Position numbers and translations under genes: made by a program
DNA from: Fidelibacterota bacterium
Lineage (GTDB): Bacteria; Fidelibacterota; Marinisomatia; SCGC-AAA003-L08; TS1B11
NCBI GenBank assembly: GCA_022564085.1
Contig: JADFMC010000001.1
Coordinates: forward strand, 1-33,202
Length of the DNA: 33,202 nucleotides
Direction of reading: 5' to 3'
Notes under the pieces: generated by a model
The model's input: the letters and a program-made list of their open reading frames with translations, nothing else
Database searches by the model: none
What the model was told of the DNA's origin: nothing
In this document: positions 17,524 to 27,173 of the stretch, one piece after another
Layout of the letters: every line of letters begins with the position of its first letter
Numbering within the stretch: the stretch's first letter is position 1

Positions 17524-18312
17524 TTGGATATTGCCACCATAGCGGGTATTATTGCCGGTTTCGGCCTGATCATCGGGACTATCCTTACCGGTGAAGGCGC
17601 CGGGGCATTCCTTCATCTACCCTCCATGCTGGTGGTGGGGGGCGGAGCCACTGCCGCTACCCTGGTGGCCTTTCCTATGGAACAGATGATCTCAGCCTTC
17701 AAGGTAGCCGCCAAGACCTTCCTGAAACAGGAGAGCACCGATACTGAATCGGTTAAGCAGTTCATCGATTTGAGCCAGATGGCCCGCCGTGATGGTATTT
17801 TGGCCCTGGATCGGGCTCTCAAAGATGTCGCTAACCCTTTCATGCGCATCGGACTGGAAATGGCGGTGGACGGTACGGAGCCCGATACCATCAGGGATAT
17901 CATGGAAACCGAGCTGTCGTCGCTCCAGGAACGGCACAAGGTGGGACAAGGTATATTCACCACCCTGGGGACCTACGCCCCGGCGTTCGGGATGATTGGG
18001 ACCTTGATCGGATTGGTCCAGATGTTGCGCAACCTGGATGATCCCTCTACCATTGGCCCAGCCATGGCCATAGCTTTAATTACTACTTTTTATGGCGCAA
18101 TCCTGGGTAATCTGGTGTTCCTGCCCATGGCCGTTAAGCTTAGAAACAAGTCGACCCTGGAAGTCCTATCGATGAAGATGATCATAGAGGGAGTGCTGGC
18201 CATCCAGAAAGGGGTCCACCCCAAGAATATTGAACGCAAACTGATGAACTTCATGGCTCCCGCTGCGCGCAGCAAAGAGGGGGATGAACAGACAGCAGGA
18301 GGAGGAGGCTAA
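17524..18312 (+). CDS. motA: Flagellar stator protein MotA/PomA
   Basis: 262 aa. TTG start 7 nt after AGGGAG. Four TM segments. Conserved YAPAFGMIGTLIGLV and TTFYGAILGNLVFLPMA. Confidence 0.9.
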   Translation: MDIATIAGIIAGFGLIIGTILTGEGAGAFLHLPSMLVVGGGATAATLVAFPMEQMISAFKVAAKTFLKQESTDTESVKQFIDLSQMARRDGILALDRALKDVANPFMRIGLEMAVDGTEPDTIRDIMETELSSLQERHKVGQGIFTTLGTYAPAFGMIGTLIGLVQMLRNLDDPSTIGPAMAIALITTFYGAILGNLVFLPMAVKLRNKSTLEVLSMKMIIEGVLAIQKGVHPKNIERKLMNFMAPAARSKEGDEQTAGGGG

Positions 18313-18313
18313 A

Positions 18314-19027
18314 ATGGCCGTGGAAGAACCGGAAGTTGATGAGGGACCAACAGCTCCGTTCTGGATGACTACCTATGGTGACATGGTGACGCTGCTATTA
18401 ACGTTCTTTATCCTGATGTTTGCCATGTCCACTATCGAAGAACAGAAATTTCTCCAAGCCGCGGCCTCTCTGGCGGCGGCCCTGGGGGTGCTTGAAAAGA
18501 ATATCAGTGTGATTGGGGAGGAATCGATGGCCATCGGCACCACCGGCCTATCCCGGGATCAAATCGATATGCTGCAGAGTATGGAAGACATAGCGGAGAT
18601 GTTCCAGGACGAAGCGCTGACAGACATAGCTTCCCTGGAAATTGTCGGTCCCGGTGAAGTAGTGGTACGACTGGGTGATGAATTGCTGTTCAGACCCGGG
18701 AGTTCTACGCTCAAGCCCCAGGCCGTGCGGGTTCTGAGGAACATCGTCCGCTCCATCCAGGGCAGCACCGAACGGTTGTGGGTGGAAGGGCACACGGATA
18801 ATGAGCCGATCAACACAGCGGATTTTAGTTCCAACTGGGACCTGTCTACGGCCCGCGCGGTAACTGTAGTCCGCCTCCTGGAACGTGCCGGGATTGAGCC
18901 GGAGCAGCTGGCGGCTGTAGGGCATTCCCACTTTCAACCGTTGGCAGATAACGCCACGCCTGCCGGCCGGGCCAAAAACCGGCGGGTGGAACTGTACATC
19001 AGTTGGGAAGAATTAGCTTATGAGTGA
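18314..19027 (+). CDS. motB: Flagellar stator protein MotB (OmpA-like peptidoglycan-binding C-terminus)
   Basis: The plug/TM region contains the essential Asp (FWMTTYGDMVTLLLTFFILMF). OmpA-like GHTDNEP...NWDLSTARA...NRRVELYI. I chose the ATG at 18314, which follows GGAGGAGG and the motA TAA; the longer ORF-track start at 18284 overlaps motA. Confidence 0.9.
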   Translation: MAVEEPEVDEGPTAPFWMTTYGDMVTLLLTFFILMFAMSTIEEQKFLQAAASLAAALGVLEKNISVIGEESMAIGTTGLSRDQIDMLQSMEDIAEMFQDEALTDIASLEIVGPGEVVVRLGDELLFRPGSSTLKPQAVRVLRNIVRSIQGSTERLWVEGHTDNEPINTADFSSNWDLSTARAVTVVRLLERAGIEPEQLAAVGHSHFQPLADNATPAGRAKNRRVELYISWEELAYE

Positions 19028-19580
19028 AGTTGGTGATCAGGAAGATGCGGGCGTCGACCAACCGGACGACGAGCAAAATAAACCTTCGTTCCCTATCGGA
19101 AAGTGGCTGGCGATTGTCGTTGTGCTGGTCCTGATGGGGTTGGGCGCCTATATGCTGACTGAGCGGGTAATTGTGCCCAAGCTCACCGGCCGGGGTGACG
19201 TGGGCGACAAGATGCGGGCCATGCGGGACAACGTGCAGGAGGCGCGGGAGGAAAAAAAGAAAATGGGCAAAATAGGCCCGGTGATCCCTCATCCCATCAT
19301 GGGAATCACCGCCAATACCGCCGGTTCCCGTGGGCGGCGCTTCGTGACCTTCGACCTGATCGTGGAGACCAGGGTTGAGGACGCCCGCGATGAGATGATT
19401 ACCAAGGAATACCAGATCCGGGATGCCCTGATCACCTATTTTGGCGGCCGATCGGTAAGCGAACTAGCCACCCGTCAGTTCATGACCGCCGCCAAGGATA
19501 CCGTTCAGGCCTTGATCAACCGGCTGCTGGAGACGGGGAATATTGATACGGTATATTTTACCAAGTTTCTGATTCAGTAA
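19020..19580 (+). CDS. fliL: Flagellar basal-body-associated protein FliL
   Basis: 186 aa. Single N-terminal TM (WLAIVVVLVLMGLGAYML). FliL core RFVTFDLIVETRVEDARDEMITKEYQIRDALITYF...IDTVYFTKFLIQ. Lies downstream of motAB and upstream of fliM. Confidence 0.8.
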   Translation: MSEVGDQEDAGVDQPDDEQNKPSFPIGKWLAIVVVLVLMGLGAYMLTERVIVPKLTGRGDVGDKMRAMRDNVQEAREEKKKMGKIGPVIPHPIMGITANTAGSRGRRFVTFDLIVETRVEDARDEMITKEYQIRDALITYFGGRSVSELATRQFMTAAKDTVQALINRLLETGNIDTVYFTKFLIQ

Positions 19581-19590
19581 GGGGAAAATC

Positions 19591-20586
19591 ATGGCAAAAA
19601 TACTTAGTCAAGATGAAATCGATGCCCTATTGTCAACGGTATCGGAGGAAGCGAGTGAGATTGAGGGTCTTGAAGGGGCTCCCTCTAAGCGAGTAATACT
19701 CTATGATTTCAAGCACCCCAACCTGATTTCCAAAGAGCAGATGAGGCTGCTGGAGAATATTCACGAGAGTTTTTCCCGCAATTTCGGGGTCTTTCTTTCG
19801 GCTCAGCTGCGGATGATCGTGGAGATTGATCTACTGGCCATCGACCAGCTGCTGTACTCCGAGTTCGTCATGTCCATCGCCCCGCCAGGCTGCCTGTACG
19901 TGATTGCCATGGAACAGCCGCCAGGCGAGGTGATCCTGGAATTGTCCCCCGCGCTGGTGATCTTCATTGTGGAGAAGCTGTTCGGTGGCAAGGGTGTCTT
20001 TTCCAGCACTACCTCCCGGCCCATATCCGTTATAGAGCAGAGGATCATGGGGAAGGTAATCGACCGCGCCACGGCGGAAATGTCGAATGTCTGGAGTCCC
20101 GTGGCCGAACTGAAAACGAAGGTCACCCGGTTCGAATCCAACCCGGAATTCATCCAGATCATTCCATCCGCCGAACCGGTAGTGGTGGTCTCATTACAAG
20201 TCAAAATCCATGATAACAAAACCTTGATGAACTTCTGTTATCCATACCGCTGGCTGGCTGAGATGGTCGGCCGGCCGGAGGTGCAGGACCGGCTGCAGTT
20301 TGGTGTGGGAGAGTCGACTGCGGAGGAGCGAAAGACCCTGACCTCACAGCTAAAGCAGGTCACCTGTTCGCTGCGAGCCAGCGTGGGCAGCACCCAGATA
20401 AGTATAGAAGATTTTATTCAGTTGCAGGTCGGTGATCTGCTGCTTTTGGATACCAAGCCCAACCAGGAGAATACAATTTTTGTCCGTGATAAACCTACCT
20501 TTAAAGGTCTGATCGGCCGCCGCGATAGATATCGGGCGGTGCTGATTACGGACTTAATTGATAAGGAAACGAACAATGCAGTATAA
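19591..20586 (+). CDS. fliM: Flagellar motor switch protein FliM
   Basis: 331 aa. N-terminal CheY-P binding peptide LSQDEIDALL, the EKLFGGKG motif and a C-terminal SpoA-like domain. AAGGGGA RBS. Confidence 0.92.
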   Translation: MAKILSQDEIDALLSTVSEEASEIEGLEGAPSKRVILYDFKHPNLISKEQMRLLENIHESFSRNFGVFLSAQLRMIVEIDLLAIDQLLYSEFVMSIAPPGCLYVIAMEQPPGEVILELSPALVIFIVEKLFGGKGVFSSTTSRPISVIEQRIMGKVIDRATAEMSNVWSPVAELKTKVTRFESNPEFIQIIPSAEPVVVVSLQVKIHDNKTLMNFCYPYRWLAEMVGRPEVQDRLQFGVGESTAEERKTLTSQLKQVTCSLRASVGSTQISIEDFIQLQVGDLLLLDTKPNQENTIFVRDKPTFKGLIGRRDRYRAVLITDLIDKETNNAV

Positions 20587-21709
20587 CGAGTTGAATCAAA
20601 AATACAGCGCCATGCTTGAAGAGCTGCTGTCGATCCTGAATCAGGCCGGCGGCCAAGCACTGCAGGGCGAGGTCAAGGTGGATTCCGGCGAGGCGGCCGC
20701 CGAGGTGACGCCTGAATTCACACCCGGTCACGAATATCCTCTGCTGCGACTGACATTCAGCACCACCGGCCAGAGTGCGTATGACCACCAATTTCTCATG
20801 GACCGGTCCCTGGCCGGGCTGGTCTATAGCTGGATGGTGGGCGGTGATCCCCCCGAGGAGATCGGCGATGAGCACCTGGACGCGGTTAAGGAAGCCGTAG
20901 GTCAGATTATAGGTCAGCTGCAGGCTGCCTTCGATGGCGAGGACGGCGCCTTCACTCCCGGTGAGGTGGCCATCTCCCAGTTGGCGACAGCGGATGAGCT
21001 GGCGTTACCGGAGGGAGGATTAGTAGCTACCTACAGTTTCTCCCGGGGTGACGATGACACCAAGCACCTCATCACCCATATCATCCAGGGTGAATTGGCG
21101 GCCCAGGAAGGCGAAGAGGCCCCGGCGGAGGAAGCCGCTGGAGCTGAGACCGGGGAAGGCGCTGAAGACGCCCCGGAGGCGGAAGCCGAAACCGCAGATG
21201 ATGATATGTTATCAGACGATTTCGGCGAAGAAGTCCCGGCCACCATTTTGGAGGACACCTCCGCCGAAGAACCGGTGAAGACTGCCGATGAGCCGACTGA
21301 CCTGGTAGCCGAAACCGCCGGCATCGATGATATTTTCGGCGAGGAATTTGATGAGCCGGCTGGTGCGTCCGATACGAGCTCGGTGGAAGCCAGTCCGGTC
21401 CAGTTTGACGAATTCGGCCCGAGCCGTAAAACCGACGGGCAGGGTCGCCAGATCGATATGCTGCTGGATGTGGAGCTGGATGTAACGGTGGAATTGGGCC
21501 GCAAGATCATGCTGGTGGAAGAGATTCTCCGGCTGGGCAAGGGCTCGGTGGTGGAGCTCGACAAACTGGCGGGCGAACCGGTGGATATACTGGTCAACGG
21601 TAAGAAACTAGCCGAGGGCGAAGTGGTGGTTGTGGAGGATCACTTCGGTGTCCGCCTGACCAACTTGATCAATCCTCGGGAACGTATCAGGAGCCTGGGT
21701 AAGGCATGA
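20576..21709 (+). CDS. fliN: Flagellar motor switch protein FliN with a long N-terminal extension (FliY-like architecture)
   Basis: 377 aa from the ATG at 20576 (AAGGA RBS). C-terminal FliN/SpoA domain LLDVELDVTVELGRKIMLVEEILRLGKGSVVELDKLAGEPVDILVNGKKLAEGEVVVVEDHFGVRLTNLI. The N-terminal ~170 aa may be CheC-like. A polyacidic linker of about 100 aa follows. Confidence 0.85.
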   Translation: MQYNELNQKYSAMLEELLSILNQAGGQALQGEVKVDSGEAAAEVTPEFTPGHEYPLLRLTFSTTGQSAYDHQFLMDRSLAGLVYSWMVGGDPPEEIGDEHLDAVKEAVGQIIGQLQAAFDGEDGAFTPGEVAISQLATADELALPEGGLVATYSFSRGDDDTKHLITHIIQGELAAQEGEEAPAEEAAGAETGEGAEDAPEAEAETADDDMLSDDFGEEVPATILEDTSAEEPVKTADEPTDLVAETAGIDDIFGEEFDEPAGASDTSSVEASPVQFDEFGPSRKTDGQGRQIDMLLDVELDVTVELGRKIMLVEEILRLGKGSVVELDKLAGEPVDILVNGKKLAEGEVVVVEDHFGVRLTNLINPRERIRSLGKA

Positions 21710-22191
21710 AGTTTAAGATCAGCGGCCCGGCTGCCCGGCTGATTGCCATAGGGGTGGTGATAACCATAGCCGTCGTTGGAATCACCATGCGCGGGCGGGA
21801 GATCAAGTCAATTACCTCGCCGGCATCGGTGACCGCGGACAGCGCCGCCACCCAGGAACTGCAACTCAAGACATACGCTGCCGACGGGTTGACCTATGCC
21901 CTGTACAAAGTAGTGTTTATCACCATGGTGATAGTGGCGATTATAGTCCTGGGATCCCGGGGACTACGGCAATACCGTAGCCGCCGGCCGGACTCAATTG
22001 CGGGATTCGATATGCAAATTCTGGGTCGGCGCTATTTCAATACAAAGCAGTCCATTGTGCTTGTGAGGGTGCGAGACAAGGAACTGTTGCTGGGGATTAC
22101 GGACCACTCCATACAATTGCTCTGTGATCTTACTGATAATGATCCGGCCGAAGTGGTGGATAGGGTGATCGATCTACCGTTGGAGTCGTAG
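21706..22191 (+). CDS. fliO: Flagellar biosynthesis protein FliO/FliZ
   Basis: 161 aa. ATGA overlap with fliN. Hydrophobic segments. IVLVRVRDKELLLGITDHSIQLLCDL matches the FliO family core. Lies directly upstream of fliP. Confidence 0.65.
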   Translation: MKFKISGPAARLIAIGVVITIAVVGITMRGREIKSITSPASVTADSAATQELQLKTYAADGLTYALYKVVFITMVIVAIIVLGSRGLRQYRSRRPDSIAGFDMQILGRRYFNTKQSIVLVRVRDKELLLGITDHSIQLLCDLTDNDPAEVVDRVIDLPLES

Positions 22192-22193
22192 GC

Positions 22194-22943
22194 ATGATTA
22201 AACGTCTGACACCCCTATTACTATTGCTCCTGTTCTTCGGAGCGGCTCCCCTGCTGGCTCAGACCGGCGGGTTCCCGGTTATCAATTTTTCGCTGGAAGA
22301 GTCAACCAGTCCGCAGCAGTTGAACACTACCATCCAGATCGTCTTGCTGATGACGGTCCTGGCTCTGGCCCCCTCCATCCTGGTAATGACCACCGCCTTC
22401 ACCCGCATTGTCGTTATTTTCCATTTTCTGCGCCAGGCCATCGGCACCCAGAACACCCCCTCAAATCAGATTTTGATCAGTCTGGCCCTATTCTTGACCT
22501 ACTTCGTTATGGGTCCGGTCTTCACGGAGATCAACGATAATGCCCTGCAGCCCTACCTCAATGAGGAGATCGAGCAGCAGGAAGCCTTCCAGCTGGCCAC
22601 GGAGCCGGTCAAGAGGTTCATGCTGATCCACACCAGGGATAAGGAGTTGGCTCTGTTCGCCGATTACTTCCAGGGAGAAATACCTACTTCCCGAAGCGAG
22701 CTATCCCTGGCGGTGGTGATCCCGGCCTTCATGATCAGCGAGTTGCGAGTGGCGTTCCAGATCGGGTTCATGCTCTACCTGCCCATGTTATTGATAGATA
22801 TGGTGGTCTCGGCTGTGCTCATGTCCATGGGAATGATGATGCTGCCGCCGGTTATGATTTCCATGCCCTTCAAAATTCTTTTATTCGTCCTGGTGGACGG
22901 TTGGTACCTGATAGTGGAATCGATAATCAACGGACTGAGGTGA
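22194..22943 (+). CDS. fliP: Flagellar export gate protein FliP
   Basis: 249 aa. Signal-like N-terminus. Strongly conserved MTTAFTRIVVIFHFLRQAIGTQNTPSNQILISLALFLTYFVMGPV and GFMLYLPMLLIDMVVSAVLMSMGMMMLPP. Confidence 0.95.
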   Translation: MIKRLTPLLLLLLFFGAAPLLAQTGGFPVINFSLEESTSPQQLNTTIQIVLLMTVLALAPSILVMTTAFTRIVVIFHFLRQAIGTQNTPSNQILISLALFLTYFVMGPVFTEINDNALQPYLNEEIEQQEAFQLATEPVKRFMLIHTRDKELALFADYFQGEIPTSRSELSLAVVIPAFMISELRVAFQIGFMLYLPMLLIDMVVSAVLMSMGMMMLPPVMISMPFKILLFVLVDGWYLIVESIINGLR

Positions 22944-22944
22944 C

Positions 22945-23214
22945 ATGACAACGGATTTCGTCGTATTCATCAGCCACAAGACCCTTATCACGGCCCTGTA
23001 CATTCTGGCGCCGATCCTGGGCAGCGCGTTGCTGGTAGGGGTGCTGGTGGGACTTTTCCAAGCGGTTACCTCCATCCAGGAAGTGACCCTTACGTTCATC
23101 CCCAAAATAGCGGTGGTGGGTCTGGTCATATTGATGATGATCCCCTGGATGCTCGACCTGGTGATTAGTTTCACCCTTCTAATTTTTGATCAGATCACTC
23201 AGTTAGGCCGGTGA
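22945..23214 (+). CDS. fliQ: Flagellar export gate protein FliQ
   Basis: 89 aa, two TM segments. LLVGVLVGLFQAVTSIQEVTLTFIPKI is the FliQ signature. Confidence 0.9.
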   Translation: MTTDFVVFISHKTLITALYILAPILGSALLVGVLVGLFQAVTSIQEVTLTFIPKIAVVGLVILMMIPWMLDLVISFTLLIFDQITQLGR

Positions 23215-23996
23215 CTCTCGGCCTGGCGGACCTGTTTTCCGGCTGGGGGATTTCCTTCATGCTGGAATTGAGCCGGATTTCCGCCATGATCTATGCTTTC
23301 CCATTCTTGGGCTCACCCGCCATACCGGCCCGGATACGCGTTGCCCTGGCCCTGGTAATCAGCTTCATGCTGTTGCCTATTGTTGGGGTGGTAGACCTGG
23401 GCACAGATTGGGGTCTGGGCCGGTTGACCCTGGCCCTGGCGGCGGAAACGGCCGTGGGGTTGGTGGTGGGATTCGGCGCCAAATTCCTATTCGAGGCTTT
23501 CACTATGGCGGGTACCTTCGCCGGCCGGCAGATGGGGTTCGCCATAGCCGATCTGTTGGACCCGGTCACTGCGGCACCACAGTCCATGGTAGGACAATTT
23601 TGGTCGTTGGTAGCTATCTTGTTTTTCCTGGCCTTCGACGGGCACCTGTTTTTGGTACAGTTTTTGGTCGAGAATTTTCGGGTGATTCCCCTAGGCGCGG
23701 GCGTACTGACCGCCGCCACCGGCCAGGAACTGATTGCCGGTTCCAGCCATATGTTTGAGATTGCACTGCAGCTGGCGGCTCCGGCACTGATGCTCACCCT
23801 GATGATGGATGTGGGAATCGCCGTGCTGTCGCGGGCCATGCCTCGGTTGCAGATCTTTTTCGTGGCCCTGCCCCTGAAACTGTTTGTGGGGATTTTCGCA
23901 TTGGTGATTTCCATGCAGCTGTTCCAGGCTATATTTGCCAGTATGTTGACTGATTCTCAGGAACACCTGATCCGACTGCTTCAAACAATGAGGTAA
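23211..23996 (+). CDS. fliR: Flagellar export gate protein FliR
   Basis: 261 aa, polytopic. GTG start in a GTGA overlap with fliQ. Lies in the fliPQR-flhB order. Confidence 0.9.
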   Translation: MTLGLADLFSGWGISFMLELSRISAMIYAFPFLGSPAIPARIRVALALVISFMLLPIVGVVDLGTDWGLGRLTLALAAETAVGLVVGFGAKFLFEAFTMAGTFAGRQMGFAIADLLDPVTAAPQSMVGQFWSLVAILFFLAFDGHLFLVQFLVENFRVIPLGAGVLTAATGQELIAGSSHMFEIALQLAAPALMLTLMMDVGIAVLSRAMPRLQIFFVALPLKLFVGIFALVISMQLFQAIFASMLTDSQEHLIRLLQTMR

Positions 23997-23999
23997 CCC

Positions 24000-25070
24000 T
24001 TGGCGGAAAAACCGGCCCAAGAACGTACAGAAGAAGCGACTCCAAAACACCTGCAGGAAGCCCGGGAACGGGGCGAGGTGGCCCGCAGCGTGGAGCTGAC
24101 CTCAGCGACCCTGTTGCTGGCCAGCGTATTGCTGTTTTATTTCATTGGTGAGGACTTTCTTCAGAAACTGTCCGGTGTAATCAGGACGATCTACAGTTCC
24201 TTGGATACGGTGAATATCAATCCCGGCAATATCCCCGCCTTGGCCAAATGGGCCATGGGAGAGGCTGCAGATATCCTCGGGCCGCTGTTGATCATGGTGC
24301 TGCTGTTGGCGCTCTTGGTGAATTATTTACAGATAGGGGTAATTTTTGCCCCCAAAGCCCTCAACCCCAAATGGAGCCGGGTCAGCCCAGCAGCCGGCTT
24401 GAAGAGGATTTTCTCGTCGAAGGGACTGGTTGAGCTCATCAAGGGTATTCTGAAACTGCTCATCATTGGCACGATTATTTATGTTTACCTGGCCGAAAGA
24501 GTGAAGGACTACCCATTTTTAACCTACATGACACCGCTGCAGACCATTGGAGTTCTGGCCAACGATATTTTCAAGATCGGCCTCTATGTGGGCATTGCAT
24601 TCGTCGCCCTGGCCGTGGCCGATTTTACGTTTCAGAAATGGGAATACAAGCGCCAGTTGCGCATGAGTAAGCAGGAAGTGAAGGAAGAGGCCAAACAGAC
24701 CGAAGGCAGTCCGGAGATGCGCGCTCGCATTCGGACGCTGCAGCGGGATATGAGCCGCAATCGTATGATGACCGAAGTGGCCCGGGCCACCGTGGTGATC
24801 ACCAACCCGGCGCATGTGGCCGTGGCGTTGCGCTACAACGAGGAAGAAGGATTAGATGCGCCAATGGTGGTAGCCAAGGGCCAGCGCAAGATGGCCGAGC
24901 GGATCAAGGCAATCGCCCGGGAGAACGATGTGCCCGTCAGAGAATCGCCACCGTTGGCCAGGGCACTCTACCAGACTTGCGAGCCCGGAGATACTATACC
25001 GGACAACTTTTACCAGGCCGTGGCGGAATTATTGGCCGAAATCTTTTGGGAGCAGCATGCAGCCGCATAG
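24000..25070 (+). CDS. flhB: Flagellar export switch protein FlhB
   Basis: 356 aa. TTG start after GAGG. N-terminal EKTEEATPKHLQEARERGEVARS pattern, four TM segments, MSKQEVKEEAKQTEGSPE, and the autocleavage loop reading NPAH (24804-24815). Confidence 0.93.
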   Translation: MAEKPAQERTEEATPKHLQEARERGEVARSVELTSATLLLASVLLFYFIGEDFLQKLSGVIRTIYSSLDTVNINPGNIPALAKWAMGEAADILGPLLIMVLLLALLVNYLQIGVIFAPKALNPKWSRVSPAAGLKRIFSSKGLVELIKGILKLLIIGTIIYVYLAERVKDYPFLTYMTPLQTIGVLANDIFKIGLYVGIAFVALAVADFTFQKWEYKRQLRMSKQEVKEEAKQTEGSPEMRARIRTLQRDMSRNRMMTEVARATVVITNPAHVAVALRYNEEEGLDAPMVVAKGQRKMAERIKAIARENDVPVRESPPLARALYQTCEPGDTIPDNFYQAVAELLAEIFWEQHAAA

Positions 25071-25124
25071 CCAATTGATCAGCGACCAGCGCCTCCCGGC
25101 CGGGCGCTCTGAGCGGGGTGTAGT

Positions 25125-27173
25125 ATGCCGCCGGGGCTGAGATTATCCGATCTGGGCTTGGGCACCGCCGTGATCTTAATTCTGGCGGTTATGCTGATCC
25201 CACTGCCCACCTTCCTGATGGACGTGTTCCTGGCCATGAATATTTTAGGGGCCCTGGTGATCCTGTTCGTGGCCCTGTATACCATTAGGCCGTTGGATTT
25301 TGCCGTCTTCCCCAGTCTGCTGCTCATGGTCACCCTGTTCCGGCTGTCTTTAAACGTGGCCACCACCCGCCTGATACTTGGCGAGGGCTACGCCGGTGAG
25401 GTGATCCAGGGGTTCGGCAGCTTCGTGGTGGCCGGCAACTATGTCGTGGGCTTCATCATTTTCCTGATCCTGGTGCTGATCAATTTCCTGGTAATCACTA
25501 AGGGCGCTACCCGCATTGCCGAGGTAACCGCCCGCTTCACATTGGATGCTATGCCGGGTAAGCAGATGGCCATCGACGCGGACCTCAATTCCGGTCTGGT
25601 AGATGAGGATGAGGCCCGCCAGCGCCGGCGCGACATTTCGAGGGAAGCCGATTTTTACGGGGCCATGGACGGCGCCAGCAAGTTCGTGCGGGGGGACGCC
25701 ATTGCGGGGCTGATGATTACCGGTATCAATATTATCGGCGGGCTGGTGATCGGTACCTTGCAACTGGGAATGACCCTGGGCGACGCCGCCCGTAAGTATA
25801 CCTTACTCACCGTGGGCGATGGTCTGGTGGCCCAGATCCCGGCCCTGATAGTTTCCACCGCCGCCGGCCTGATCGTGACCCGCTCAACCTCCGAGACGGA
25901 TCTGGGCCGCGACGTGATAGCTCAGGTGTCCGACAAACCCACAGCACTGTATATTGCCGGTGGTACCCTGTTCCTGATCGGCGTGATCCCGGCCATGCCC
26001 GCCGCGCCCTTCATGGTGCTGGGTACAATGCTGGCCGGTTCAGGGTACATGACAGCCCGGTCCAAGTTATTAGCGGAGCAGAAATTGCAGGAGGCCGAAG
26101 AAGCCCAGGTGGAAGTGCCCGAGGAGCGCATTGAAAGCTACTTACATCCCGATCCCTTTGAGATAGAAATCGGCTACGGCCTGATCAGTCTGGTGGATAC
26201 CAACCAGGGTGGGGACCTGTTAAACCGCATATCTTCCATCCGCAAAAGCATCGCCCTGGAACTGGGTATCGTCATTCCGCCTATCCGCCTGCGGGACAAT
26301 ATCAATCTGGGGGCCAGCGAATATGTCTTTAAAGTCTATGGCATTGAGGTGGCCCGCAGCGAGGTAATGGTGGGCTATCACCTGGTGCTCAATCCCGATC
26401 CCGACGCCGGCCTGGTGGGTATTGATACAGTGGAGCCCACCTTCAAACTGCCGGCTCTGTGGGTTTCTGGTGAGCAAAAAGCCAAGGCCGAGGCAGCCGG
26501 CTTCACGGTGGTGGAACCGCCGGTGGTGGTGGCCACACACTTGATGGAGGTGCTCAAAGCCAACGCCTATAAGCTGCTGGACCGGCAGGAAGTCAAGAAG
26601 ATGCTCGATGATCTCAAGGAGGACAAGGCCGCCGTGGTGGAGGGGCTGGTGCCGGACCTGGTGCCCTTAGGGGTTATCCAGCAGGTCATGCGGAACCTGC
26701 TGCGGGAAGGGATCCCTATCCGCAACCTGATCACAATCCTGGAGACTCTGGCCGATAGCGCCGCGGTTTCCAAGGACCCGGTATTGCTCACCGAGCATGT
26801 GCGTAGCGCCTTGGCCGATTCCATCACCGATCTATTCCAGTCTGGCGATAAGGCCATATCCGTAGCCACCTTGGAACCCCAATTGGAGGATCACATTCTG
26901 CAGGCCACTCGCAAAGGCGAGGCCTATGCGGGTAACCTGGGCTTCACACCTCCCCAGGTAAAAGACGTTCTCACTTCTATAGGTGAGCAGGTGGAAAGAA
27001 TTGTATTAGAGGGCGGCCGGCCGGCTCTGCTGGTCTCGCCTGCCATTCGCCGCTTTGTGCGGCAGTTCATTGAAACGGTGCTGCCCAACGTAGCGGTGCT
27101 TAGTTTCGCGGAATTATCACCGATTGTGGAACTCAAATCAGTAGGAGCAGTGAGGTATCCTGATGTTCGTTAA
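25125..27173 (+). CDS. flhA: Flagellar export gate protein FlhA
   Basis: 682 aa. FHIPEP-type N-terminal membrane domain (ITKGATRIAEVTARFTLDAMPGKQMAIDADL, GAMDGASKFVRGDAIAG) and a cytoplasmic C-terminal domain. Confidence 0.95.
   Translation: MPPGLRLSDLGLGTAVILILAVMLIPLPTFLMDVFLAMNILGALVILFVALYTIRPLDFAVFPSLLLMVTLFRLSLNVATTRLILGEGYAGEVIQGFGSFVVAGNYVVGFIIFLILVLINFLVITKGATRIAEVTARFTLDAMPGKQMAIDADLNSGLVDEDEARQRRRDISREADFYGAMDGASKFVRGDAIAGLMITGINIIGGLVIGTLQLGMTLGDAARKYTLLTVGDGLVAQIPALIVSTAAGLIVTRSTSETDLGRDVIAQVSDKPTALYIAGGTLFLIGVIPAMPAAPFMVLGTMLAGSGYMTARSKLLAEQKLQEAEEAQVEVPEERIESYLHPDPFEIEIGYGLISLVDTNQGGDLLNRISSIRKSIALELGIVIPPIRLRDNINLGASEYVFKVYGIEVARSEVMVGYHLVLNPDPDAGLVGIDTVEPTFKLPALWVSGEQKAKAEAAGFTVVEPPVVVATHLMEVLKANAYKLLDRQEVKKMLDDLKEDKAAVVEGLVPDLVPLGVIQQVMRNLLREGIPIRNLITILETLADSAAVSKDPVLLTEHVRSALADSITDLFQSGDKAISVATLEPQLEDHILQATRKGEAYAGNLGFTPPQVKDVLTSIGEQVERIVLEGGRPALLVSPAIRRFVRQFIETVLPNVAVLSFAELSPIVELKSVGAVRYPDVR

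Noticed and set aside
21031-21597. 188-aa minus-strand ORF opposite the acidic linker of fliN
   Set aside because: Its Ser/Pro/Ala low-complexity sequence mirrors the GAA/GAG/GCC-rich sense strand. It is a shadow ORF.
23291-23914. 207-aa minus-strand ORF opposite fliR
   Set aside because: The plus strand encodes a polytopic FliR in conserved fliPQR-flhB order. The antisense product has no features.
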